DNA of 64,000 nucleotides, taken from the IMG/VR virus record IMGVR_UViG_3300037422_000262. One strand, written 5' to 3'. The notes beneath the pieces were generated by a model, which worked only from the letters and a program-made list of their open reading frames with translations, did no database searches and had not been told where the DNA came from. Positions 8,881-19,000 of this stretch are shown piece after piece. The stretch comes from a virus. Numbering within the stretch: the stretch's first letter is position 1; every line of letters begins with the position of its first letter. Position numbers and translations under genes: made by a program.

Positions 8881-9027
8881 CAAATTAGAAAAGGTGGGGA
8901 GTTCTAATCGAATCCACCGGCAAAGCCTACCGTAATCGGGCGACACGTCCGCTGAACAGCGCGGGGAGCGTAACCATGAGAGTTAAATTCACGTTATTAA
9001 CCTTACACCACTCGCAAGGAGAATTTC

Positions 9028-9912
9028 ATGGCAGCCCAAATCGAAACAGCCCAAGTTATCCAATTTTCTGATATGGTCCACGTGGCGGCCCAGCAGATGA
9101 AGGCCCGTCTGGCGGGTATTTTTCCCGTCAAACAAATGAAGGGCAAAGAGTACGCGTACGACGGCGTTGGAAGTGTCGAAGCGCAGGAATTGAACGGACG
9201 TTTTAACGAGGTGAATTTTTCTGAACTCCAGATCACCCGCAGAAAGATCGGACGCAGGAGATTTTCTTTGACCCTTCCGATCGATGAAGACGATGTGTCA
9301 AAGGTTTTGCTCGATCAAGAACGTGAATATAACCGCGCTTGTGCGATGGCGATGGCCCGGGTGCATGACCGCATCGGTATCGAAGCGGCTCTTGCGACCG
9401 TTTATACGGGAGAGGATATGGACACCGCTGTCCCATTCGCTTCTGACGGCGGGCAGACAGTTACGGCAACCGCTGGTTTGACCTACGAAAAACTTCTGGA
9501 GATCATTCAGAATTTTATCGACGAGGATGTCGGTAATGATATGATTGAGGACTTCATCTTCTGTATTGCCGGGGATGAGCATACAGCTTTGATGAAAGAA
9601 ACCGAGCTGACGAGCGGAGATTTTGTCCGTGATTTCAATGTGGAAAAAGGGAGTATCACGAACGCTGTCGGGATGAAGTTGGTCAAATTCGCGGCCAACG
9701 CGACGAATCCGGTTTTGACCGTATCCGGAGGCGTTCGGTCTTGTGTTGCGATGAGCACCCGCGGGCTTTGCTACGCGATGCCTAAGCAGTTCGAGATCAA
9801 GGTCCAAGAACGTACCGATTTGGTGCAGACCAATCAAGTCCAGGTCAACTGGACCCTTGGCGCGGTTCGTACTGAGGGCGTCTTAGTTCAGAAAGTCACC
9901 ACAACGGACTAA
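9028..9912 (+). CDS. Major capsid protein (HK97 fold, BPP-1/epsilon15-like)
   Basis: 294 aa after the scaffold with SD AAGGAG; QFSDMVHVAAQQMKARL start and GAVRTEGVLVQKV end. Confidence 0.88.
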   Translation: MAAQIETAQVIQFSDMVHVAAQQMKARLAGIFPVKQMKGKEYAYDGVGSVEAQELNGRFNEVNFSELQITRRKIGRRRFSLTLPIDEDDVSKVLLDQEREYNRACAMAMARVHDRIGIEAALATVYTGEDMDTAVPFASDGGQTVTATAGLTYEKLLEIIQNFIDEDVGNDMIEDFIFCIAGDEHTALMKETELTSGDFVRDFNVEKGSITNAVGMKLVKFAANATNPVLTVSGGVRSCVAMSTRGLCYAMPKQFEIKVQERTDLVQTNQVQVNWTLGAVRTEGVLVQKVTTTD

Positions 9913-9945
9913 TTTTCGTTAAAATTTTTATAGAGGAGAAAATCC

Positions 9946-10446
9946 ATGGCAGTCGTTAATGATTATGTGAATACAGCAGTTGCCGCGGGGAACGTGGCCG
10001 AAGGGTACCGTACCGGCGGAAAACAGGTGAAAAGATTGATCGAAACGTTCAATCCGGCGGCAGCCGATGATGACGGTTCTATTTATCGGATCGCGAATTT
10101 ACCTCTTCACGCCGTTATCGTAGACGCGAAGATCTGTAATGCCGCGGTTACAGGCATGACGGACGCAGATCTAGGTTTTTATCAAACGGCGGATCTTGGC
10201 GGAGCGGTCATTGATAAAGATATCCTGCTTGACGGCGGGGATCTTTCTTCAGCTCACGCCAGCGGTTCGGAATTGTCCGCGATATCGAATGTCGCGGCCG
10301 CCGATCGTTACAAGAGGATCTTTGAACTTTTAGGGTTGTCTGTCGGAGGCCTCAAAGGTAATGTCGATATCGCTTTGACCGCGAACACGGCCGGTTCCGG
10401 TACCGGCGCTATTACCGTCATCATTGATTTCATTGACGGCGTATAA
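9946..10446 (+). CDS. Probable capsid cement/decoration protein (Bbp16-like position)
   Basis: Beta-rich 166 aa directly after the MCP and before the terminator. Confidence 0.55.
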   Translation: MAVVNDYVNTAVAAGNVAEGYRTGGKQVKRLIETFNPAAADDDGSIYRIANLPLHAVIVDAKICNAAVTGMTDADLGFYQTADLGGAVIDKDILLDGGDLSSAHASGSELSAISNVAAADRYKRIFELLGLSVGGLKGNVDIALTANTAGSGTGAITVIIDFIDGV

Positions 10447-10469
10447 TCAGTCACTTTATCAGGACCCAT

Positions 10470-10509
10470 AAGGCGCACGTTAGATTAATAATCTGCGTGC
10501 GCCTTTTTT
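10470..10509 (+). terminator. Intrinsic terminator after the capsid genes
   Basis: AAGGCGCACG-T-TAGATT-AAT-AATCTG-CGTGCGCCTT followed by a T-run. Confidence 0.85.
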
Positions 10510-10526
10510 AATAATAGGAGGAATCT

Positions 10527-11177
10527 ATGGCCCTTCCTGCGAGTAACGTTGAGATATGCAATATCGCTTTAGATTATTTGAAGGAAAAAGTCGTTACCGA
10601 TATTGACGCCCCGACAACTGTTGTCGAATCTCTTCTCTCCCGCCGTTATGATCTGACCCGTACTTCTCTTCTAGCATCACGCAATTGGAATTTTGCCCGG
10701 GCCGCTAAAGCTTTTCTCTTAACAACGACACCGGACGTGTCGATATATTCCGACGCTTACGCGCTCCCGAATGATTATATAAGGCTCTTGGCGTTGTTAG
10801 ACCCCCGGCATCCTCTTTCCCGTTACGACTACGAGATATCACAAGGGCTTTTGCTTATTGATAACGACGGAGCGGAGTCAATAGACGCCTGGTACACAAA
10901 GAACATTACGGATATTTCTTTGATGCCGGCGTACTTTATTGATTATTTGGCCGCGGAATTGGCGTTTAAAGTCTCTTTTAAGATAACCGCCAAGAACGCG
11001 GCGATCAAGGAAATGAAGCTGATACGCGATGATACGAAAATGGTGGCCCTGGCCGCGAATGGGCAAGAACGCCCGCCTATCAGATATGAATCCAGTAAAC
11101 TCGTGAATGCGGGATTGCGCCCGACGTCGCAGCAGCAAGTGGCGGGTCCGCATACGTTTTTATTTGACCCCAACTAA
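10527..11177 (+). CDS. Tail adaptor (tail tubular protein A, T7 gp11-like)
   Basis: VEICNIALDYL start, NWNFA and YALPNDYIRL motifs, position after the capsid genes. Confidence 0.8.
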   Translation: MALPASNVEICNIALDYLKEKVVTDIDAPTTVVESLLSRRYDLTRTSLLASRNWNFARAAKAFLLTTTPDVSIYSDAYALPNDYIRLLALLDPRHPLSRYDYEISQGLLLIDNDGAESIDAWYTKNITDISLMPAYFIDYLAAELAFKVSFKITAKNAAIKEMKLIRDDTKMVALAANGQERPPIRYESSKLVNAGLRPTSQQQVAGPHTFLFDPN

Positions 11178-13487
11178 ATGCCTCAACAATTGATCTCTAA
11201 TTTTTCCGGCGGCGAAGTCAGTGCTGATCTTTATGGTCGGTCCGATACTGAATTGTATTATGGATCGGCTTTGTATATGCAGAATTTTATCGCCCGGATG
11301 CAGGGGTCTATGGTTTACCGAGGCGGTTCCGCGTTCGTTCATCCCACCCGGCAGAATCTTGACGTTCGTATTGAACGCTTTAAATTCAATGATGAACAAA
11401 CATATATTTTAGAATTTACCGATCGAAAGCTACGCATTTATGAAGATACTGAGATCACCTTAGAAACTTCATCTATTTCAATCACGGGCGCGACCCAAGC
11501 CGCTCCGGTCGTGATCACCGCGGCCGCTCATGGCTTTTCAGACGGTGATGAGGTCTATATTTCAGGCGTTGCCGGGATGACGGAATTGAACGGGAGGTTT
11601 TTCCGTGTGGCGAGTTCAACCGCGAATTCTTTTTCGTTATTGGATCTTTTTAATGACCCCGTTGACGGGACGGGTTTTTCGGCATATTCCTCCGGCGGGA
11701 CCGTTACGGAAGTTTTAACTATCACTTCTCCGTACACGGAAGCGCAATTATTTGAGTTTCAATTCGCCCAACAAGGCAACGTCATGTATATCAATCACCG
11801 TGACGTGGCTCCTTATAAACTGACCCGGTTAAGTTCAACGTCCTGGTCATTAGGAACATACACCCGGACGGCGGATCCTTTCACAACAGCAAACAAATAT
11901 CCGGGGTGCGTTACGATTTTTGAAGGTCGTGTCGTTCACGCCAGTACGAACGACAACCCCGACACCTTTTGGGCTTCCCGGTCTCCGACAAACGCGGGGG
12001 TTCCCCGTTATGACGATTTCACAACAGGCACCGACGCCGATCACGCTCTGATTTTCCCTATTTCATCTTCTCAGGGAGAGGTCGAATATATCGTGTGGCT
12101 CGCGGGCCTCAGGGATTTCATCGCGATCGGGACTACGAGCGGGGTTAGCGGGCTCGACGGAGGCGGAGACAGCGCGATCACGCCAACTAATTTACGGGTC
12201 CGGCCTATCGATCCTTACGGCGCCCAGGCGATCATGCCTATTACGAACGGGGCGTCTTTATTTTATATTCAAAAAGGCGGGCAGATCTTACGCAGTTTTG
12301 AATTCGAGCTTTTATCCGATAATTATCAGTCTTTTGACCGGTCTTTCTTGGGGGCGCATTTAACTCAAAGCGGCATTAAACAGATCGCGTTCCAACGCGG
12401 GCGTACGGATGTTGTTTGGGCGGCTCTTAATAACGGCAGGTTCATAGCAATGACCGTTAAAGGGAGAGAAGACGTCTCCGGGTGGCATAGGCATTTACCT
12501 GCCGGGAGTGATGTAAAAGTTTTAAGTGTGGCTATCGAACCGCAGGTTATGGGGTATGAGAGGGTTTGGTTCGCGTGTGAACGGACGATCAATGAGAAGA
12601 TTGTCCGGTATTTAGAATATTTTGAAGAACCTTTTGAGGGGTTATTGGCGGAAGATTTTTATACGGGCGATGAAGATGCCGACCGGACGGTTTTTATAAA
12701 CCGTATGTTTGAAGAGCAGAGGGCTTTGCGTTATTTAGACAGTCACTTAGTTTTTGACGGTTCTGATATAGCCAGGGGTTCGATAACCTTAACGCCTAAT
12801 GCGGTGACAGGAACAGGGATAACATTCACAGCTTCATCCGCTGTTTTTTCGGCTTCTGATGTCGGGAAAAAATTACAGAAAAAATATGTAGGCCGGGGTG
12901 GCGGAGGCGTTGCCGAGATCAAGGCTTTTGTCAGCACGACTGTGGTTACATGTGATATCGAAGTGGACTTTGATACGACCGATTCGATCGATCCGGGTGA
13001 GTGGTATTTAACGACGGATGAGGTCACAGGCGTGTTTCATTTGGAGGGGGAAACGGTATCGATCGTCGCGGATGGGGCCCTTCAGACGGATGCGACAGTT
13101 ACAGACGGGGTGGTCTCTCTTGACGGCCAATTCGGTATCGTTGTGATAGGAAAACGCAATGTGGGGATCTACAAATCTTTGAATTTAGTCCTGCAAGGCG
13201 GCGGGGAGAACTCTTTATCAAATAATCAGAACGTCGTGGATGTGGATATTCTTTTCGCGTTTAGCGTCGGCTCTAAATATGGCACGTCTTTGTATCGGCT
13301 CCAGCAAATCGAATCTTCGGTTGAGGGGCAATTACCAGATAGACCCCCTCTCCCCGTAACTCGGATCGTGTCTAATTTTTATGAAGATACTTGGGAAGAG
13401 GATAAGCACATCGTGATCGTTCAGGATGAGCCATACCCCTGTTTAGTTAACGCTTTGAATCTGACCCTTGAGATAGGCTCACGATGA
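11178..13487 (+). CDS. Tail nozzle (tail tubular protein B, T7 gp12-like) with an FCCH-like insertion
   Basis: NFSGGEVS start, FAQQGNVMY and VSGWHRH motifs; inserted ITGATQAAPVVITAAAHGFSDGDEVYISGVAGMTELNG segment. Confidence 0.85.
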   Translation: MPQQLISNFSGGEVSADLYGRSDTELYYGSALYMQNFIARMQGSMVYRGGSAFVHPTRQNLDVRIERFKFNDEQTYILEFTDRKLRIYEDTEITLETSSISITGATQAAPVVITAAAHGFSDGDEVYISGVAGMTELNGRFFRVASSTANSFSLLDLFNDPVDGTGFSAYSSGGTVTEVLTITSPYTEAQLFEFQFAQQGNVMYINHRDVAPYKLTRLSSTSWSLGTYTRTADPFTTANKYPGCVTIFEGRVVHASTNDNPDTFWASRSPTNAGVPRYDDFTTGTDADHALIFPISSSQGEVEYIVWLAGLRDFIAIGTTSGVSGLDGGGDSAITPTNLRVRPIDPYGAQAIMPITNGASLFYIQKGGQILRSFEFELLSDNYQSFDRSFLGAHLTQSGIKQIAFQRGRTDVVWAALNNGRFIAMTVKGREDVSGWHRHLPAGSDVKVLSVAIEPQVMGYERVWFACERTINEKIVRYLEYFEEPFEGLLAEDFYTGDEDADRTVFINRMFEEQRALRYLDSHLVFDGSDIARGSITLTPNAVTGTGITFTASSAVFSASDVGKKLQKKYVGRGGGGVAEIKAFVSTTVVTCDIEVDFDTTDSIDPGEWYLTTDEVTGVFHLEGETVSIVADGALQTDATVTDGVVSLDGQFGIVVIGKRNVGIYKSLNLVLQGGGENSLSNNQNVVDVDILFAFSVGSKYGTSLYRLQQIESSVEGQLPDRPPLPVTRIVSNFYEDTWEEDKHIVIVQDEPYPCLVNALNLTLEIGSR

Positions 13488-13921
13488 TCGTTGAATGTTT
13501 TCAGGTAAAAGATTATTTTAACATGGAACGGGGGGTGAACGCGGGTTTTGAATTTTGGACACAAAACGATTTACACCCTTTTTTGAAAGCGATAGAATTA
13601 TCCAAGAAGGCCCGTACCATTAAAACAGAAGAAGGGGAAGTGATAGCGGTTTACGGGTTAAATGAGGCGATAGACGGTGTTGGGGACGTTTTTTTCGTCC
13701 CGTCAAAACGATGGCAAAAGTATAAAAAGAGCGTTTGTAAATTTATTCGAAAGGATTTATACGATTTTAAACGCTTCTATCGTCGGATCCAGATGATATG
13801 CCTTTTTTCGAGAGAACATTTACGTTTTATGACGTTCTTTGGCTTCACGATAGACGGAACTCTAAGGGATTTTGATCCTTTAGGCCGGGAATACGTTATT
13901 TCATCAATCACGGGAGATTAA
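13484..13921 (+). CDS. GNAT-fold T7 gp13-like protein
   Basis: Position after the nozzle; C-terminal HLRFMTFFGF motif. Confidence 0.55.
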   Translation: MIVECFQVKDYFNMERGVNAGFEFWTQNDLHPFLKAIELSKKARTIKTEEGEVIAVYGLNEAIDGVGDVFFVPSKRWQKYKKSVCKFIRKDLYDFKRFYRRIQMICLFSREHLRFMTFFGFTIDGTLRDFDPLGREYVISSITGD

Positions 13922-13922
13922 T

Positions 13923-14366
13923 ATGGCCACAGCCGCGTTAATAGCTTTGACGGCGATTTCAGCAAGTTCTCAAATTTATGGAGGCGTTCAAGAACGTAAA
14001 GCAGCGAACCAACAATCCGAAATGTTGCAGCAGCAAGCCGCTTTAGAGCGTGAGGAAGCCGCGACTGAAGCCGCTCGCAGGGACGAAGAACGCCGGAAAC
14101 TCATAGCTAAACAAAAAGTGGCTTTTCTGGCGAACGGGATCGGTTTGCCTGGAACGGCAGGGCTTGTGTTTGAAGATACGTTCAGTCAAATTCAGCAAGA
14201 GATAGATGCTTCTTTGAAAGCGGCCAATGCCCGGGCGGGATTATTGGAACGTGAAGCCAAAATTAAACGCAGCAGCGGAAAAGCAAGTCTGATTCAGGGG
14301 GTTTTAGGAGCGACTTCTACAATCGCCGGTAATGTTTATAAAGGTAAACAGGCTAAGGTATTTTAA
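13923..14366 (+). CDS. Internal virion (ejection) protein, T7 gp14-like
   Basis: Hydrophobic N-terminus, Ala/Gln-rich helix, LANGIGLPGT motif, syntenic position. Confidence 0.65.
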   Translation: MATAALIALTAISASSQIYGGVQERKAANQQSEMLQQQAALEREEAATEAARRDEERRKLIAKQKVAFLANGIGLPGTAGLVFEDTFSQIQQEIDASLKAANARAGLLEREAKIKRSSGKASLIQGVLGATSTIAGNVYKGKQAKVF

Positions 14367-16003
14367 TGGCTCAGATCCCCGAATATTTCCGAAATAAATT
14401 AGAATCGTCCCGTACCGGTATAGCGAGTGCGGATCATAGCGGAGCCAGGATCGCGGAATCGGTCAAAGGGCTCGCTGATACTTTTTTCCAGGGCATCGTT
14501 CAATTAGAGGCGGTACAAAAGAAAAATCTCGACGATTCTCGCCGGGCTCAGATCAATGGCGACTATCAGACACGGATGGTCGAAGAGACTAACCGTATCA
14601 GGAACGAGAACCTAAAAACACCTGATAAAGCGACGGATCAGCTTAATAAACGCCGGCAGGAATTACGGGATGAATATTTGTCGGCGATCGATGACGGGGC
14701 GTTAAAGGCTGAGGTCTCTAGGGATTTCGACGTCATGGAAGCGGATGCCCAAGTCAAGGACGCGGTTTGGAAGGTCTCGCAAACTTCTTTGATCGCTCAA
14801 CAGAATCATTTGGATCTTATCTCCCGTAATGCCCAGGCGCTTGCGACTCTTGATTATCAGAATTATCTGGAAAAAGCGTCCATGTTGATGAACAGTAAGG
14901 ACCAGATCGCCCAGTCTTTTGGGGGTATCGAACAAGGGCAGAAAACGGTTGACAAGGGGCTCGAGGCATATACAAAAGCTTTTATTTATGGGCAGATCGA
15001 CCGGGGGAATACGTTCGAGGCCGCGCAGTTACTTCAGAGCGGAAAGTTTGACCCTTTCATTACGGCAGAGAAGAAAAAAGAATTGTTATCCTATACGCAA
15101 ACGGCTTTTGAAGGTCAGCAGAAAAAAGATATTTTTCTAACGGCGGTCCGGGCGTCTTCTGAGATATTTGATACGGCTAAACAAGAGACTTTTGATAACA
15201 CCACGGTCAGTAATTTCGAAGAAAAGATCAGTCAGTTGAGTTTCGATATCCAAAATGCCGTGGAGCAAGGGAAACCGGAAGAAACGATTAATGCGTTGAA
15301 AATTCAGCAAGAAACGTTAACAACGTTGCGGGATATTAAACTTAAAGCGACCGATATCACGGATAAGCAGGAAGATATTGGCATAAAAGGACAGGCGTTA
15401 GCGCGGTTTCAGGCGTTAATTCTTCCTACGAGAGATCCGATAAGCGGTGATAAAGATATTGCGTTGAATAAAAAAGCAACTCTAGATGATGTAATGAAAT
15501 ACCAGCGTTGGCTGACTGAACAGCGGTATGAACAGAAGATATCCCCGGAGACTTATCAGAAGTATATGACGATAACGGAAGCGGCTATCCAGCGGTCGAT
15601 TGTCGGAAATTTGAAAGAATCAGGGGAGGGATTTAAACTTAGCGGCCGGGGGGCTCAGTTAGCTGGGGCTAAAAAGCTTAAAACAACGTTAGCGGACCTC
15701 ATGCGTTCAGTAGACAGGACTATGGGTAAGCAATACGCTGTCGATGTTATTGATTTCTACCTCGATGAATTATACGATCGAGTCGGGGAATCGGAGGATT
15801 TCGGGATGGTCGGTAACGATACCCACAAAGAGTTAATGAATAAAGCGAAAGCAAAATCAGCTCTTAAACGTTTAGGGTACCCGGTTTATTTAACGGTTGG
15901 AGATACTTTAGTCACCTCTTCCGGGGCGTATCTTATAAAAGGACAGGACGCTTCCGGTAATCCGGTCGTTGATATTTCAAATACATTATTTGGGGTGCAA
16001 TAA
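14366..16003 (+). CDS. Internal virion (ejection) protein, gp15-like position (545 aa)
   Basis: Helical protein, TAATG-coupled on both sides, synteny. Confidence 0.6.
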   Translation: MAQIPEYFRNKLESSRTGIASADHSGARIAESVKGLADTFFQGIVQLEAVQKKNLDDSRRAQINGDYQTRMVEETNRIRNENLKTPDKATDQLNKRRQELRDEYLSAIDDGALKAEVSRDFDVMEADAQVKDAVWKVSQTSLIAQQNHLDLISRNAQALATLDYQNYLEKASMLMNSKDQIAQSFGGIEQGQKTVDKGLEAYTKAFIYGQIDRGNTFEAAQLLQSGKFDPFITAEKKKELLSYTQTAFEGQQKKDIFLTAVRASSEIFDTAKQETFDNTTVSNFEEKISQLSFDIQNAVEQGKPEETINALKIQQETLTTLRDIKLKATDITDKQEDIGIKGQALARFQALILPTRDPISGDKDIALNKKATLDDVMKYQRWLTEQRYEQKISPETYQKYMTITEAAIQRSIVGNLKESGEGFKLSGRGAQLAGAKKLKTTLADLMRSVDRTMGKQYAVDVIDFYLDELYDRVGESEDFGMVGNDTHKELMNKAKAKSALKRLGYPVYLTVGDTLVTSSGAYLIKGQDASGNPVVDISNTLFGVQ

Positions 16004-19000
16004 TGTTGATCCCATATACTGAGCCCGATATTTTCTCTTCTCCGTCCGACCCTCCGTCGGTCGATCCCATTGACCGCCAAATGCAGACGTCTATTTCTTC
16101 TCTCGTCCCCGTTCCCCGTGTTAACGATTTCGCGATAACTCCCTCTGTCGATCGGAAAGTTTTTGATTCGTGGTATGAGAAGTTCTTGCTCACGATCACC
16201 AAACCAGAAAGTATTCTAGCGGCCCCGCAATTAGAAGCCTTCGCCGGGGCGATAAAAGCTGTGCCGGATATGGTGGGGAATTTTATGGCGGCGGGGTTAA
16301 TGGCGGCCGGGGATATTTATAATCCGCAGGAAGACGTGTTCGATTATTCCGTGGCGTTAGAACCCGCCGGTGTAGAGCCCCTTGGGATCAGTGCGGCTAA
16401 AGGTTTAAGTTCTCTCCAGCAATTAGCCCAAAAGGTCTATATTCAGAGCCAAGAACTAACCGGAACGGAATTTTTCAAGAACGAAGCTAAGACGAACCGC
16501 GAACGGATATCTCAAATGACCAGCGCGCTCGGGTTCCATTTGTACGCGAACGCCAAACATTTTGACCAACGCCTCCGTGAACAGATCGATTATCCGTTAG
16601 CGTATGATGTCGGAAACGTCGGCGGACAAGTCGCTCTCAGCGCGTTGTTAGGATCGGTTAATCCTACATTAGCGTTAGGCGTGTTGACTGGGAATGTTAC
16701 CGCAATTAAGTATTTAGAGAATAGAGCCGCCGGGGTTCCCTGGGCCCCCTCCGCTGTTATGGCGGGGGTTGTCGGCGGGGCTCAAGGGTCAGTTGAGCGG
16801 TTAACGTTAAGCGTTCTTTATAGGCGGTACGCGAGTAAGCTGGGATTTATCGGCGATATTATATTAGCAAATGCGGCGGAAGAGGGCATCCAGGAAGGCA
16901 TCGACATCGGGGCGGAGGTTTTTGTCGGGAGAAGAGAATTTGATCTGGTGGAAGATACAAAACAGACTTTATATAATACGTTCCTTGGCGCTCTTGGCGG
17001 GGGGATGAGCGCGCCGGTCGTATTCGCGGCACACGGCCGCATTGTTAAAAATTTAGAAAAAGCTGGGGTTTCTTCTGAGATCCGCGACAGTTTAGCGACA
17101 AAATTGTTAGGTTTAGGTTATGAAGTCGGGCATGAAATGATCAAGGAAACGACGGGCGTTAGCCAGGAATATCTTGACGATTTTAAAGCGATTTCTGAAG
17201 GGGCTAAGGACCCAAAAGAGTTCGCTCAGAGGTTGATGGAAGAGGCTGAACAGAAAATTGCTTTGATCATTCCTGAGCAGAAACCGGCGGTTGAAGGGGA
17301 GAAAAAGCCTCTTGTTGTTGATGAGGCGGAAATTCAGAAAGCGGTCGATGAGCAGATCGCTCACGACTTATTTGAGCCGGCCGCGGAGCCTTTAGAACCT
17401 GTACGGCCGGATATTCTGGCGACGGCAAAATTATTGATGAAGGGCTGGCAAGCGAAATTAGAGGAAGAAGAGTCTGCGGTTGAGGAAGAGTTGAGCGCGG
17501 AAACGGAAGGACAGGTTCCCTCAACGGCTGAAGAAACGCTTAAATTGAACGTTGAATCGGTGGGTGCGATATTTAAGTCTCTAACCTCGCAAAAAGACTC
17601 GCTTTATGAAGATGAGCCGACTCTTTATTTTGATATTGCGAGCCCTGACGGACGGCCCTGGACGTTCACTATACGCCCTTCTGAAGCGACCCCGGAAGGC
17701 ATTATAAATAAAGTTAAACAGAGTAATCCGAAAGCGGCTGAAACTTTAAAGATGCCTAAACAATCGAAGGCGGCTAAATTGACAGCCAAGCTCGAAGATA
17801 TCCGTTCTCAGCTTGAGAATATAGCCAACGCTACTCTTGAAGAATTGAAAAAACAAAAGATCATTGTCCGCGGGTCTGAGGTCGAACGTATTCGTCAATT
17901 AGCTGAAGAGACGGGACGGAAAGATGAGGCGAAAAAACTTAAAGCTAAGTTTAAGCAAAAGACAGCGGATCTTACCGCGATGAAAAAAGACGCGGAGAAA
18001 TATTTGCGGAAGTCTCTCCCTCCAGCTTTACGCGGTAAATTTACCGGGCGTCTTAATGAGATAAAGACTGAGAAGACCTTCTCTAGCTTTATTGATGCCG
18101 TCAGCGCCGAGAGAGAAGTTTATTACCAGAAATACTACGAAACAAAAGTCGAAGAAGCGTTGGAAAAGATGGTCCCGAGATCTGAGCGTAATATCCAGAA
18201 AGGGCGTTACGGTGTGGTCCAGTTACAGGATGTTGCTAATAAGATTGTTTCGATCGCTCAAATGAGCAAAGCGGAAGTCCAGCAGCAGTTATATATCAAC
18301 ACTCAAAAAGTGAATGATATGCTATTAAACGCATATTCTTTTTCGGGTAAAGGCGAGGCGCAAGAGGTTGTTGATAAATGGACGAATGAAGAACGGGAAG
18401 TTTTAGATTTCGAAACATTTTTATTGAGTACCTTTGGGGCCGTTGCCGAAAGGACCTCAAAAGAGTTGAAAACAGCTCTCTCGGAATTAGGGAAGATCCA
18501 GAATCTTTTACGAATGACATCACAACAGGTCATTCTCGCCCGTCAGGTCGAGAAAGAAGCGGTTAAGCAAGCTACGATCGCGGAGATCAAAGGGGATAAA
18601 AACGTTGAAAAGTTACGGCAGACAAATTTAGGGAAGGTCGTCCACTATTTTAAACGGATGGAGTCGGGCCTTATTACGGCCCCGGCATCCGATATAGGAA
18701 CGCTTCTAAATATTTTAAGCAACATAAAAGGAAAAGACGTCCCCCGGCGGCTGAAACAGTTGGCGGTGAGCTATTTAGAAGCCTCGCGCGTTGAGGCGTC
18801 TTTTACTACTTTTTTGGTTGACGCGTATAATACCGCGATGAAAACGGCTTACAACATTACAACTGAAAAAGAACGCCAAGATCTCACGCGTCAACGGAAT
18901 TCTTTTAAGACAGAAGACGGCGCGTATATTAACGAGAACGCGGTTAATACGTTCGGAGAACCCGTTAAAGGCGGATATATTTGGAGTAAAGGCACGTTGC

